Assembly: GCA_964450735.1 (NCBI GenBank)
Contig: CAYVDC010000001.1
Span: 5,577 to 69,576, forward strand
DNA: 64,000 nt
Direction: 5' to 3'
Source of the DNA: an uncultured Candidatus Saccharibacteria bacterium
GTDB taxonomy: Bacteria; Patescibacteriota; Minisyncoccia; Phycocordibacterales; UBA9973
Shown here piece by piece: positions 18,389 through 26,082 of the stretch; positions within the stretch are counted from its first letter, which is position 1, and each line of letters starts with the position of its first letter. The translations under genes were made by a program, and so were the position numbers. Under the pieces are notes generated by a model, which did not search any database, was not told the origin of the DNA, and worked only from the letters and a program-made list of their open reading frames with translations.

Positions 18389-18859
18389 TTAAGAAATTTC
18401 TGTTGTTTCGTCGTCTTTAACAACATTTGTTTTCTTAATAGGAGCTTGTTTTCCTTTATTAAACTTATTTCTCTTCTTTGAAGGAGTAAAGAACATTGAC
18501 ATATCCGAAGTAACACTTCCCATTCTACTGTCTGGTGGGTTATATCCCGGACGCACCACTCTTTTCTTACGTTTAACAATACGAATATTTTTCATCATAT
18601 CCGTTCTATATAATCTCCATTCAGGAACTCTTCTTCTTTTACTCCATCCACCTACATGCCATCCCGCCACCACTTCATTTCCCGTTTCAATATGATGACC
18701 TAATGTGAATGGTTCTATGAATCTTTTATGGTATTTGTCATCGGGAGTTCCATCAATATTTTTATAAAAGAATTCAATAGCATCGCCATTTTCAATGGCT
18801 TGTTTTATTTTATCTCCATTAATGGATTCTGTAAGAAATTTGACTAAGGAAAGTTCCAA
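18389..18859 (-). CDS. hypothetical protein (156 aa) with a basic C-terminal half
   Basis: ORF on the dominant strand. KRRRVPEWR...KRKKRVV basic stretch. Confidence 0.35.
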   Translation of the reverse strand: MELSLVKFLTESINGDKIKQAIENGDAIEFFYKNIDGTPDDKYHKRFIEPFTLGHHIETGNEVVAGWHVGGWSKRRRVPEWRLYRTDMMKNIRIVKRKKRVVRPGYNPPDSRMGSVTSDMSMFFTPSKKRNKFNKGKQAPIKKTNVVKDDETTEIS

Positions 18860-18876
18860 TTTTTATTATAAATATT

Positions 18877-19623
18877 CTAAACAAGAACGATTCTCCAAAA
18901 ATCACTTGCTAAGTCTTTGTTTAATATAAATTCATATGGAAAATATCCATATCCTCCATCTCCCCATGATGTTCCCCAAGAATTTCTAAACTTAAATAGC
19001 TTTGTTTCATCATCATATCCCACTAAAGCTAAAGCATGTCCTCCTAAAAATTGCTCTGTTGGGTGGGGAATTGGAACTATTCCTGTCTTACTAACAACTT
19101 CTGATTCAAAACTCTCATACACCGAAACACCAATGGCTATACAATATTTTTGAGCTAAACATGACTTAATAGAAATAATGTCTTGATTAACGGATTCATA
19201 TTGTTTGACAGGATGTTGTTTAGCCTCTGTAATACATTTCCTACTTGGTGCTTTTGTAAATTTGTCAATGTTATAAGGGAGAAGTTCTTCTGAACAATAT
19301 CCATTCTTTCCAACACCTTTTATCACATCTCTAATAGTTGCGCCACTATCTTCTTTGATAGTTCCTTCTATTTTTCTAGCTTGGTAATATATCCAAAGTC
19401 TTGATGGGTGAAATTCTGTCAAACTTTCTATTTTACGTCTAACAGCAATTAAAGCGGCTGTTGCATGACTTGTGCATGACCCCAATGCTAATTGGTCGTA
19501 TATAGGAGGACAGAATTCAGTTAAATCAACTTTCTTTGGAAGGTCTTCTACATGAATTTGTGGAGAAAATTTGAAATCTCTTTCGTCTTTCTCTTGAAAT
19601 TTATAGTTGTATATTCTTTTCAT
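18877..19623 (-). CDS. papain-like (C1 family) cysteine peptidase
   Basis: QLALGSCTSHA (active-site Cys), GGHALALVGYDD (His) and NSWGTSWGDGGYGYF (Asn/Trp) appear in the canonical C1 order. Confidence 0.6.
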   Translation of the reverse strand: MKRIYNYKFQEKDERDFKFSPQIHVEDLPKKVDLTEFCPPIYDQLALGSCTSHATAALIAVRRKIESLTEFHPSRLWIYYQARKIEGTIKEDSGATIRDVIKGVGKNGYCSEELLPYNIDKFTKAPSRKCITEAKQHPVKQYESVNQDIISIKSCLAQKYCIAIGVSVYESFESEVVSKTGIVPIPHPTEQFLGGHALALVGYDDETKLFKFRNSWGTSWGDGGYGYFPYEFILNKDLASDFWRIVLV

Positions 19624-19681
19624 TTACCAAACTTTAATATAAATATTTAGTCTGGCTTCTCTTGTTTGATGATATTTTTCA

Positions 19682-20767
19682 TCAATTACTTAATGGAATT
19701 TTAATGAATGGATGGTGTTGATAATTAATTAGTTCAAAATCTGATATGTCATATTCAGAAATATCATCTACCTTCCTATTTTTCACTTTCAATATCGGAA
19801 GTTGATATAAAGGTTTGGTAAATTGAGTTTCAACATATGGAATTTGATTCTCATATACATGAACATCTCCCCCATCAAATATTAATTCATCAGGAATCAT
19901 GTTCACTTCTTTAGCAATGATTTCTAATAAAAGAGCGTACACCATCATATTAGTTGGAAGTCCAAGAGGAAGGTCTGTACTTCTCATATTAAACTTTAAA
20001 GAAAGAGCTTTAGTTGGAATATTAGCCCAATTCAATTCTTGCTCAATTTGTTCGTTTGAAACTCCCTCGTAATTTTGCCCTACATTGAACGATATTCCTC
20101 CCGATGATACAATCCTATGGAAATAATTAAATCGTTCGTTAAAAGTCAAATTTCGTGCGTTAAATTGGAAGTTTGTATGACATGGATTTAACACCATTTC
20201 ATTTAACCGAGAAACATCCCAATTATCCACTAAAATTCGCCTACTATTTGGATTGTTTTTTAATTCCTTAATAGCGTTAGCTATTTGGTCGATTTTGCCT
20301 TCCTCTGATGAAAAATTTCTCCATTGATAGGGATACAGTGGGCCGACATCTCCAAACTTTTTACAAAAAACATCGTCTGTTAAAACACGTTGTTCAAATT
20401 CTAAAAAAGTAAAACCCCTAACTTTATTTTCTTGAACATCTTCTATCAAATAATCATAATCAGGCTCTTCAAGTGTGTTTGTAAAATTCAAATAACTTTG
20501 ATAACAATCCCCAGTCCATATGTGACAATTGTTTTCTAAAAGAAATTTAATAGAGGTGTTTCCTTTTAAGAACCAAAGAAGTTCAACAACAGCATTATTA
20601 AAATTTATTTTTCTACTTGTTAGAATTGGGAATCCGTCTGACATTTTATGTCTTATTGTTCTTCCAAAAACACTTAATGTTTTCCCATTTCTCCCTTCTT
20701 TTTCATATCCATTATCTAAAACATCTTGTAAGATGCTTAAATATTGTTCTTCATAACTTTTATTCAT
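19682..20767 (-). CDS. thyA: thymidylate synthase family enzyme (ThyA/Td type; dUMP-specific Asn retained) with two insertions
   Basis: Near-identical blocks to E. coli ThyA: DGFPILTSRKINFNNAVVELLWFLKG, GKIDQI...LKNNPNSRRIL, LNPCHTNFQFN (catalytic Cys), and MRSTDLPLGLPTNMMVYALL (Arg/Asp and the dUMP-specifying Asn). A roughly 50-aa insertion follows IWTGD, as in the L. casei and T4 type. A second insertion of about 45 aa follows the PCH motif. Confidence 0.8.
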   Translation of the reverse strand: MNKSYEEQYLSILQDVLDNGYEKEGRNGKTLSVFGRTIRHKMSDGFPILTSRKINFNNAVVELLWFLKGNTSIKFLLENNCHIWTGDCYQSYLNFTNTLEEPDYDYLIEDVQENKVRGFTFLEFEQRVLTDDVFCKKFGDVGPLYPYQWRNFSSEEGKIDQIANAIKELKNNPNSRRILVDNWDVSRLNEMVLNPCHTNFQFNARNLTFNERFNYFHRIVSSGGISFNVGQNYEGVSNEQIEQELNWANIPTKALSLKFNMRSTDLPLGLPTNMMVYALLLEIIAKEVNMIPDELIFDGGDVHVYENQIPYVETQFTKPLYQLPILKVKNRKVDDISEYDISDFELINYQHHPFIKIPLSN

Positions 20768-20787
20768 AAAATTTTTCTTTATTGGTT

Positions 20788-21315
20788 TTAAAATGAATAA
20801 GATTCTTCTGTTGCAGGAATATATCGTCCTTCCACCTCTTTTATCAATCCAAACTTTCCATCTTTCACCCCATAAATCATTTTTTTAATTTTTGGTTGAA
20901 GAGGAAAAGAATAAAAAATGGTTGAATTTCCTTTATAAACTAATTCAATACAGGTGTCTTTTACAATTGTATCAATTAATTCCCATTTTATGAAATTATC
21001 TGTTGCTATTGTCACACTATTTCCACCATTTATTTTTAAAGAATTAGCATCAGATGTAAGATATGAAATCCCAGAGATTGTTCCACATCCTGTGAGCTGA
21101 ATAGTTCCTGTTTTTACTTCTTCTTTCTTTTCTTCTAATGGAATTGCCCATTTTTTAGCAAACCTTTCATCAGTGTCAATTTTCACTATAAAATTTTGAA
21201 ATGTCAAAGAAAGAGCCGAAGATAACATTCTCTCAAAGTCAGCATCTCCATCATAACGATTCAAATATTTTGAATAAGAAGCCTTGTAATCAATTTTTGT
21301 TGTTTTGTTTTTCAT
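20788..21315 (-). CDS. hypothetical protein (175 aa)
   Basis: ORF on the dominant strand, between thyA and the GMP-reductase-like gene. Confidence 0.35.
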   Translation of the reverse strand: MKNKTTKIDYKASYSKYLNRYDGDADFERMLSSALSLTFQNFIVKIDTDERFAKKWAIPLEEKKEEVKTGTIQLTGCGTISGISYLTSDANSLKINGGNSVTIATDNFIKWELIDTIVKDTCIELVYKGNSTIFYSFPLQPKIKKMIYGVKDGKFGLIKEVEGRYIPATEESYSF

Positions 21316-21318
21316 TGT

Positions 21319-21549
21319 TTATTGTAATTTAACTTTTTGTAAAAATTTAGATAGGAAGTCACATCTTTCATATTGTTCTGTTTCTTCATAGAACTTTATC
21401 ATTTTTTCTATTCTTGAAAATGAAGAACTATCAATTTTCTTTAGGTTTTTTAAATTAAAGAGGATGATGTAATATAAATTATATTCTTCTTCCAATGACA
21501 CTTTTCTATTTTCAATAGGTTTTTCTGCATAAGGAAATTGCAATTTCAT
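21319..21549 (-). CDS. hypothetical protein (76 aa)
   Basis: Small ORF. Confidence 0.3.
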   Translation of the reverse strand: MKLQFPYAEKPIENRKVSLEEEYNLYYIILFNLKNLKKIDSSSFSRIEKMIKFYEETEQYERCDFLSKFLQKVKLQ

Positions 21550-21582
21550 TATTTTATCCGATTATATTAATAATCAAAATCT

Positions 21583-21804
21583 TTATTTTTGTTTAATGTT
21601 AGGAGTTTTATGATAGGAATTAAAAAATCCATCAATAATACTTGAATATTGATTTGGATATTCCACTTCAAACATTCCATCCAAAGGATTGACATCTGTG
21701 ATGTTAAAACTGAATATTTTATTAGCTTGTTCAAATTTCCTTTTGATTTTATTGAAAATTTGTAATATTCGTGCTTTCTCTTCTAATTTGAATGATTTTT
21801 TCAT
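21583..21804 (-). CDS. hypothetical protein (73 aa)
   Basis: Small ORF. Confidence 0.3.
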   Translation of the reverse strand: MKKSFKLEEKARILQIFNKIKRKFEQANKIFSFNITDVNPLDGMFEVEYPNQYSSIIDGFFNSYHKTPNIKQK

Positions 21805-21810
21805 CTGAAT

Positions 21811-22758
21811 TTAATATAAATATCCATATTTCACTGAATTAAAACAGGATAGGGTAGTTCCTCCCCCATATGAAATTGAAGATTGTAAGTCTTCTTTCAT
21901 TTCTTCATATTTTTCTAAATAAGTCATGGGTGTATATTCGATTTCAATTCTTTTTCCTTCAATATTTCTATTATGTCCTTTGGTATATTCAGACGCAGAG
22001 CCATAATATATTTTTCTCATTCCTGTAACGGTGTTAATAGTTTCTGATGGGCTATCACTTAAAGAGGCAAACATTCCTCCCACCATCACCATTGTTGCTC
22101 CTGCCACTAATGCTTTAGGAATGTCTCCATTTTCTCTAATTCCTCCATCTGCTATAATGGGGAGAGTGCTTTGTTTTGAACATTCCAATACAGCATCAAA
22201 TTGTGGAAATCCAAATCCTGTTTTGTTATATGTAATGCAACTTTTTCCCATTGCTATTCCCACTTTAATAGCATTCACTCCACACTCAGTTAAATACTCA
22301 ACTCCTTCCTTAGTTGCTACATTTCCTGCTATAATAAATGCGTTATTAAATACATTTTTAATGTTATTTATTGTATTTTTAATTAACAATGAATGTCCAT
22401 GTGCAATGTCAATAGTGATACAATCTACATCATTTCCATTTTCTTTTATTCTCTTTAACATTTCAATATCTTCATCTTTTACTCCTATTGAAAGAGAAAT
22501 ATATTTGTTTTCATTTCTGAGAGAATAATCTTTCACCCAATTAATTATTTCCTCCTGAGAATAGAATCTATGAAGAATGTAAAAATAATTATTTTCAATA
22601 AGTTGTTCAGCTATATTAAAATCTATTACACATTTCATATTTGAAGGAATAATAGGGAGACCCCAACAGCGATTGGCAAAATAAACACTTGTTTCCGCTT
22701 CGCTTCTGGTGGTTAATGTTGAACATTTAGGAATTAAATAGATTCTGTTATAACTCAT
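21811..22758 (-). CDS. IMPDH/GMP-reductase family enzyme lacking a CBS domain (GuaC-like, 315 aa)
   Basis: CITIDIAHGHS, IIAGNVATKEGVEYL...NAIKVGIAMGKSCITYNKTGFGFPQFDAV (catalytic Cys loop) and IIADGGIR...GATMVMVGGMFA match the IMPDH/GMPR TIM barrel. The length and absent CBS domain favour a GMP-reductase-type enzyme. Confidence 0.65.
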   Translation of the reverse strand: MSYNRIYLIPKCSTLTTRSEAETSVYFANRCWGLPIIPSNMKCVIDFNIAEQLIENNYFYILHRFYSQEEIINWVKDYSLRNENKYISLSIGVKDEDIEMLKRIKENGNDVDCITIDIAHGHSLLIKNTINNIKNVFNNAFIIAGNVATKEGVEYLTECGVNAIKVGIAMGKSCITYNKTGFGFPQFDAVLECSKQSTLPIIADGGIRENGDIPKALVAGATMVMVGGMFASLSDSPSETINTVTGMRKIYYGSASEYTKGHNRNIEGKRIEIEYTPMTYLEKYEEMKEDLQSSISYGGGTTLSCFNSVKYGYLY

Positions 22759-23368
22759 TAGTTTTTTTGTTAGTTTTTCTTGTTTTTTTGAGTTCAGATA
22801 GTTTTTTAGCTTGTGCTTTTCTCCAATTTCTTACAGACATTAATGACTTATCCACTTTTTTATAAACATAATCAGCTATTCTTCTTCCTTTTTCATTTAA
22901 AACATATCTCTCTTTGTAAGCTGAATAGAATATACATTCAAGTAAATCATTGTCTGTTAAGAATTTAAAGAATCCTTCGTCTAAATAATTTTTAGTAGCT
23001 TGTCTTGAATTCTGAGTGATACAATAGTAATAATTTTTGTCTAATTTTAATTTTGTTATTGGAACTTCTTTCCAAATAGAGTTTAAAGATTGAAATTGTA
23101 GTTTAGATTTTGTATATGTTTTCTTTAAACTGTCTTTGTTTAAAATTCTATTGTTACATAACAATTTTTCTGAATAAATTAGTTCCTCTTCTTTTAAAGT
23201 TTTTAAAATATTTACTAATTTCTCATAACTTTCAGTCTGAGCAGCTACACTTTTGACAAAAAAACTAATTTTATTAGCTCTATGTTTAAAAACAATATCA
23301 GTCCATTCTGTTGGACTTATTTCTGTTGAAATATATGTTGGAACAAAATTATTAAATTCTTTTCTCAC
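22748..23368 (-). CDS. hypothetical protein (206 aa), first gene of the leftward block, GTG start
   Basis: ORF abuts the GC island at 23366. The start codon is GTG (complement of 23366-23368). The C-terminus is basic. Confidence 0.35.
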   Translation of the reverse strand: MRKEFNNFVPTYISTEISPTEWTDIVFKHRANKISFFVKSVAAQTESYEKLVNILKTLKEEELIYSEKLLCNNRILNKDSLKKTYTKSKLQFQSLNSIWKEVPITKLKLDKNYYYCITQNSRQATKNYLDEGFFKFLTDNDLLECIFYSAYKERYVLNEKGRRIADYVYKKVDKSLMSVRNWRKAQAKKLSELKKTRKTNKKTNEL

Positions 23369-23849
23369 GTGTGTGCGCGCATACGTGCGCGATATTAATT
23401 TAATATATTATTAAAAATAATATATTAGTTTTTATTTAAAAGTTAAATTATTTTATTTTAATTTATTTTTAATAAATTATATTTTCTTATTTTTATTTTA
23501 AAATGTTTTAAATGTTAAAAATATAATTTTAAATGTTTTATTTTAAATTTAAAATAATTATTTAGAAAATTTATATTAAAAATTTTCTATTATATATATT
23601 CTAATTAATTCTAATAATGATAAAACTACTAACGCGCCTGCGCGTGATGCGCCTACGTGCGCACGTATATGCGCGAGGATAAAATATTTAAAATAGAAAA
23701 CAAGAATTTTAACATTTTTTAACATATCTATTCAGATGAAACATTTTATACACAAATTTAACTAAATTTATTTGTTTTTCAAAGAAAATGTTATGAAATT
23801 TGAAAAATTATTTCACCCGCGTATGCGTACATGTACATGCGCGTGTATG
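23366..23849. promoter_or_regulatory. Candidate origin / divergent regulatory region. Three GC-rich palindromic islands with alternating purine-pyrimidine sequence (23366-23391, 23632-23675, 23817-23849) flank a roughly 240-bp near-pure A/T tract that contains repeated AAATGTTTTA units.
   Basis: Island 1 is CACGTGTGTGCGCGCATACGTGCGCG. Island 2 is ...TGCGCGTGATGCGCCTACGTGCGCACGTATATGCGCG. Island 3 is CCGCGTATGCGTACATGTACATGCGCGTGTATG. Perfect palindromes include CACGTG, TGCGCGCA, ACGTGCGCACGT and CATGTACATG. AAATGTTTTA occurs at 23501 and 23531. The region lies at the strand switch. Confidence 0.35.
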
Positions 23850-23917
23850 GAAAGGAAAATGGAGCAAAAGTTGAAACCTTAATAACAACCAAACACCAGA
23901 ATCGTTTTTAAGCCACC

Positions 23918-23999
23918 AAATTTGCCCTACAATCAATTATCTTTCTTTGAATGATAAAATATATGTCTTAGAATAGTTCGTCGATTGTAGGGCAAATTT
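23918..23999. repeat. Perfect 17-bp inverted repeat AAATTTGCCCTACAATC ... GATTGTAGGGCAAATTT with a 48-bp spacer, about 100 bp upstream of the first rightward gene
   Basis: Arms at 23918-23934 and 23983-23999 are exact reverse complements. Confidence 0.6.
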
Positions 24000-24095
24000 G
24001 AGGGGGTTTCTTAATTTTAAAATATTTTTTCAATATATTTGGAAAGTTTAATAATTTGTTCTACCTTTGCATAGAATTTAAAACCAACAGAAAAT

Positions 24096-24689
24096 ATGCT
24101 AAATGCTGACCAAATAAAAGACAATTTTTCCAATTATTGTCAATTGTTGGAAAAAATAACAGAACCGAGAAAATCAATTGTTCTCAAATACATTTTAGAA
24201 AATGCTGACAACATAGCCACTTCTCCTGCAAATACAGCCACTGAATATGGATATTGTTATTATGGGGGATATGTAGAGAGAACATTGAAAATTGTAGAAG
24301 TGGCTAAACATTTACATGCTATTTGGTCTAAATTTACACCCATTTCCTATTCAGGAAATGAATTGTTATTTTCAGCCATCTTATGTGAATTGGGAAAGGT
24401 GTTACATGGAAACACTCCTGTTTTTTCTGAAAATACAACTGAATGGGAAATCAAAAAAGGAATGATTTTCAAAAGAAATCAAGAAGTTCCTTTTATGAAG
24501 AATTCTGATAGAACATTGTTTAATTTGTCAAATTTAGGAATAACACTTTCTGAAAATGAATTTTATGCAATTAAACTATCTCAGGGGATGTATGAAGAAG
24601 AGAATAAATCCTATCTTCAATATTCCAATTTAAAAAATAAACAATTACATCACTTAATCCATCAGGCGAGTTTAATTTCAAACCAATGA
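24096..24689 (+). CDS. hypothetical protein (197 aa), first gene of the rightward structural block
   Basis: ORF on the dominant strand. Its size and position ahead of the gp5-like gene recall T4 gp53, but no motif supports this. Confidence 0.4.
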   Translation: MLNADQIKDNFSNYCQLLEKITEPRKSIVLKYILENADNIATSPANTATEYGYCYYGGYVERTLKIVEVAKHLHAIWSKFTPISYSGNELLFSAILCELGKVLHGNTPVFSENTTEWEIKKGMIFKRNQEVPFMKNSDRTLFNLSNLGITLSENEFYAIKLSQGMYEEENKSYLQYSNLKNKQLHHLIHQASLISNQ

Positions 24690-24955
24690 TTTACTCTTTG
24701 TTATTTTTAGGAATTGTTACACTTTCAGTGATATTGTTTTTTTCAATGAGAAAAATTAAACAATATGAAGAATATGTCATCCTATGGGAAGATAGAAGAG
24801 AGGTGATAAGAAAAATAATTATCAACAGCGAATTAAAACTAAAAGAAATTGATTACAAAGGTAGTTTTGAAGCTGATGATGAAGTGGGATATTTCTTTAC
24901 AATGTTAAAAGAAACACAAAAACTTTTAAATGATGTAGAAACAGAAATATTGTAA
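24686..24955 (+). CDS. small membrane protein (89 aa)
   Basis: N-terminal hydrophobic helix MIYSLLFLGIVTLSVILFF. Confidence 0.35.
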   Translation: MIYSLLFLGIVTLSVILFFSMRKIKQYEEYVILWEDRREVIRKIIINSELKLKEIDYKGSFEADDEVGYFFTMLKETQKLLNDVETEIL

Positions 24956-25012
24956 GATTTTGTTGGTCATAATGTTAATTAATAAAGGTTTTGGTTCTAC
25001 TGAAACCTTTAT

Positions 25013-25729
25013 TTGTTTTATATGCTTGGACAAAATTATAAAAGAAAACGTGTTGTCTATTTTACCAAAGAAACACAAGATGCAATTATTAGATATAATT
25101 CATCAGAAAGTCATGTGACTAAAAATGCTATTTATGAAAAATTTATTCATAATGTTTTTGATAAGTTAGTAGAAAACATTGTTCATAAATTCAAATTCTA
25201 TTATACAGATGTGGATTCGATGCGTCAGTTGAAACATGAGGTGATAATCCATTTGTATAACAATCTTCACTTGTACAATCCCTTAATGGGAAAAGCCTAT
25301 TCCTACTTTGGAACTGCGGCTAAACGATTTCTCATTCAATATAATGAGAAAAATCATAAACGACTTATTCAAAAGAGCGAACCTGCGGAAGTAGATGCAC
25401 TTGACCTTTCATATAGAAAATATGAATTGAATGAATATGAACAACATGAGAACTCAACAGACTATTTCACCGATTTATTCATTGAATATTTAGAAAGCAA
25501 TGATAGATACTTGTTTAAGGGAAAACCTGAAAGGCAAGTGGTCGATTCTTTCATTTCCATCTTAAAAGAAAGAAAGAATGTTGAGATATTCGATAGAAGG
25601 TCATTAAATGTGTATATTAAGTCTATTACAGATGTTTCTCAGCAGAAAATTAACGAAGTGTTTCTTTCCCTTAAAAAGTTATATTTATTATTGAGTAAGA
25701 AATACGATGAAACAGGAACTATTCACTAA
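25013..25729 (+). CDS. hypothetical protein; possible gp55-like late sigma factor (weak)
   Basis: N-terminal KETQDAIIRYNSSE... and ...YSYFGTAAKRFLIQ resemble sigma-70 region 2-like segments of T4 gp55. Similarity judged by eye only. Confidence 0.3.
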   Translation: MFYMLGQNYKRKRVVYFTKETQDAIIRYNSSESHVTKNAIYEKFIHNVFDKLVENIVHKFKFYYTDVDSMRQLKHEVIIHLYNNLHLYNPLMGKAYSYFGTAAKRFLIQYNEKNHKRLIQKSEPAEVDALDLSYRKYELNEYEQHENSTDYFTDLFIEYLESNDRYLFKGKPERQVVDSFISILKERKNVEIFDRRSLNVYIKSITDVSQQKINEVFLSLKKLYLLLSKKYDETGTIH

Positions 25730-25734
25730 AACAT

Positions 25735-26082
25735 ATGAAATCAAAAAGTGCTTTAGACGAAAGAATATTTAAAAACACTAAATATGCAGATTTAACAGAG
25801 GAAATCTACAATGAATATAAGGAAAAGAAAGAGATGATAGATGATGTCATCAGTCAAATTGTTCCGTTCATTGCTGAGAAATCAGATGCTATTCATTTTA
25901 CACCCATTATTAAAGCATATATTGATGCAGGTGCTAAAAACTCTTCAAATATGATAACGATGATGGGAATATTACAGAAAGTGTTGGCTAAAGAAGCAGG
26001 AGACTCTGATAAAGAAATGGGTGGATTGGAGAAAGAACTTTCTGAATTGTTGAAAAATAGTAAAAATATAAAACTCCCTTAA
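25735..26082 (+). CDS. hypothetical protein (115 aa)
   Basis: ORF on the dominant strand. Confidence 0.4.
   Translation: MKSKSALDERIFKNTKYADLTEEIYNEYKEKKEMIDDVISQIVPFIAEKSDAIHFTPIIKAYIDAGAKNSSNMITMMGILQKVLAKEAGDSDKEMGGLEKELSELLKNSKNIKLP

Noticed and set aside
18385-18579. ORF 18385-18579(-) (64 aa)
   Set aside because: It is an alternative frame fully contained within the longer 18389-18859 ORF on the same strand. The longer ORF is kept.
19682-20767. Calling the ThyA-family gene a dCMP hydroxymethylase (T4 gp42-type)
   Set aside because: The substrate-specifying position carries Asn (LGLPTNMMVY), as in dUMP-using enzymes, not the Asp of dCMP hydroxymethylases. The blocks are ThyA-like rather than gp42-like. 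A dUMP hydroxymethylase is still possible.
23366-23849. GC-rich islands interpreted as tRNA or other structured-RNA genes
   Set aside because: They lack T-loop and D-loop signatures and do not fold into a cloverleaf. They are built of short perfect DNA palindromes, which is more consistent with protein-binding or Z-DNA elements than with an RNA gene.
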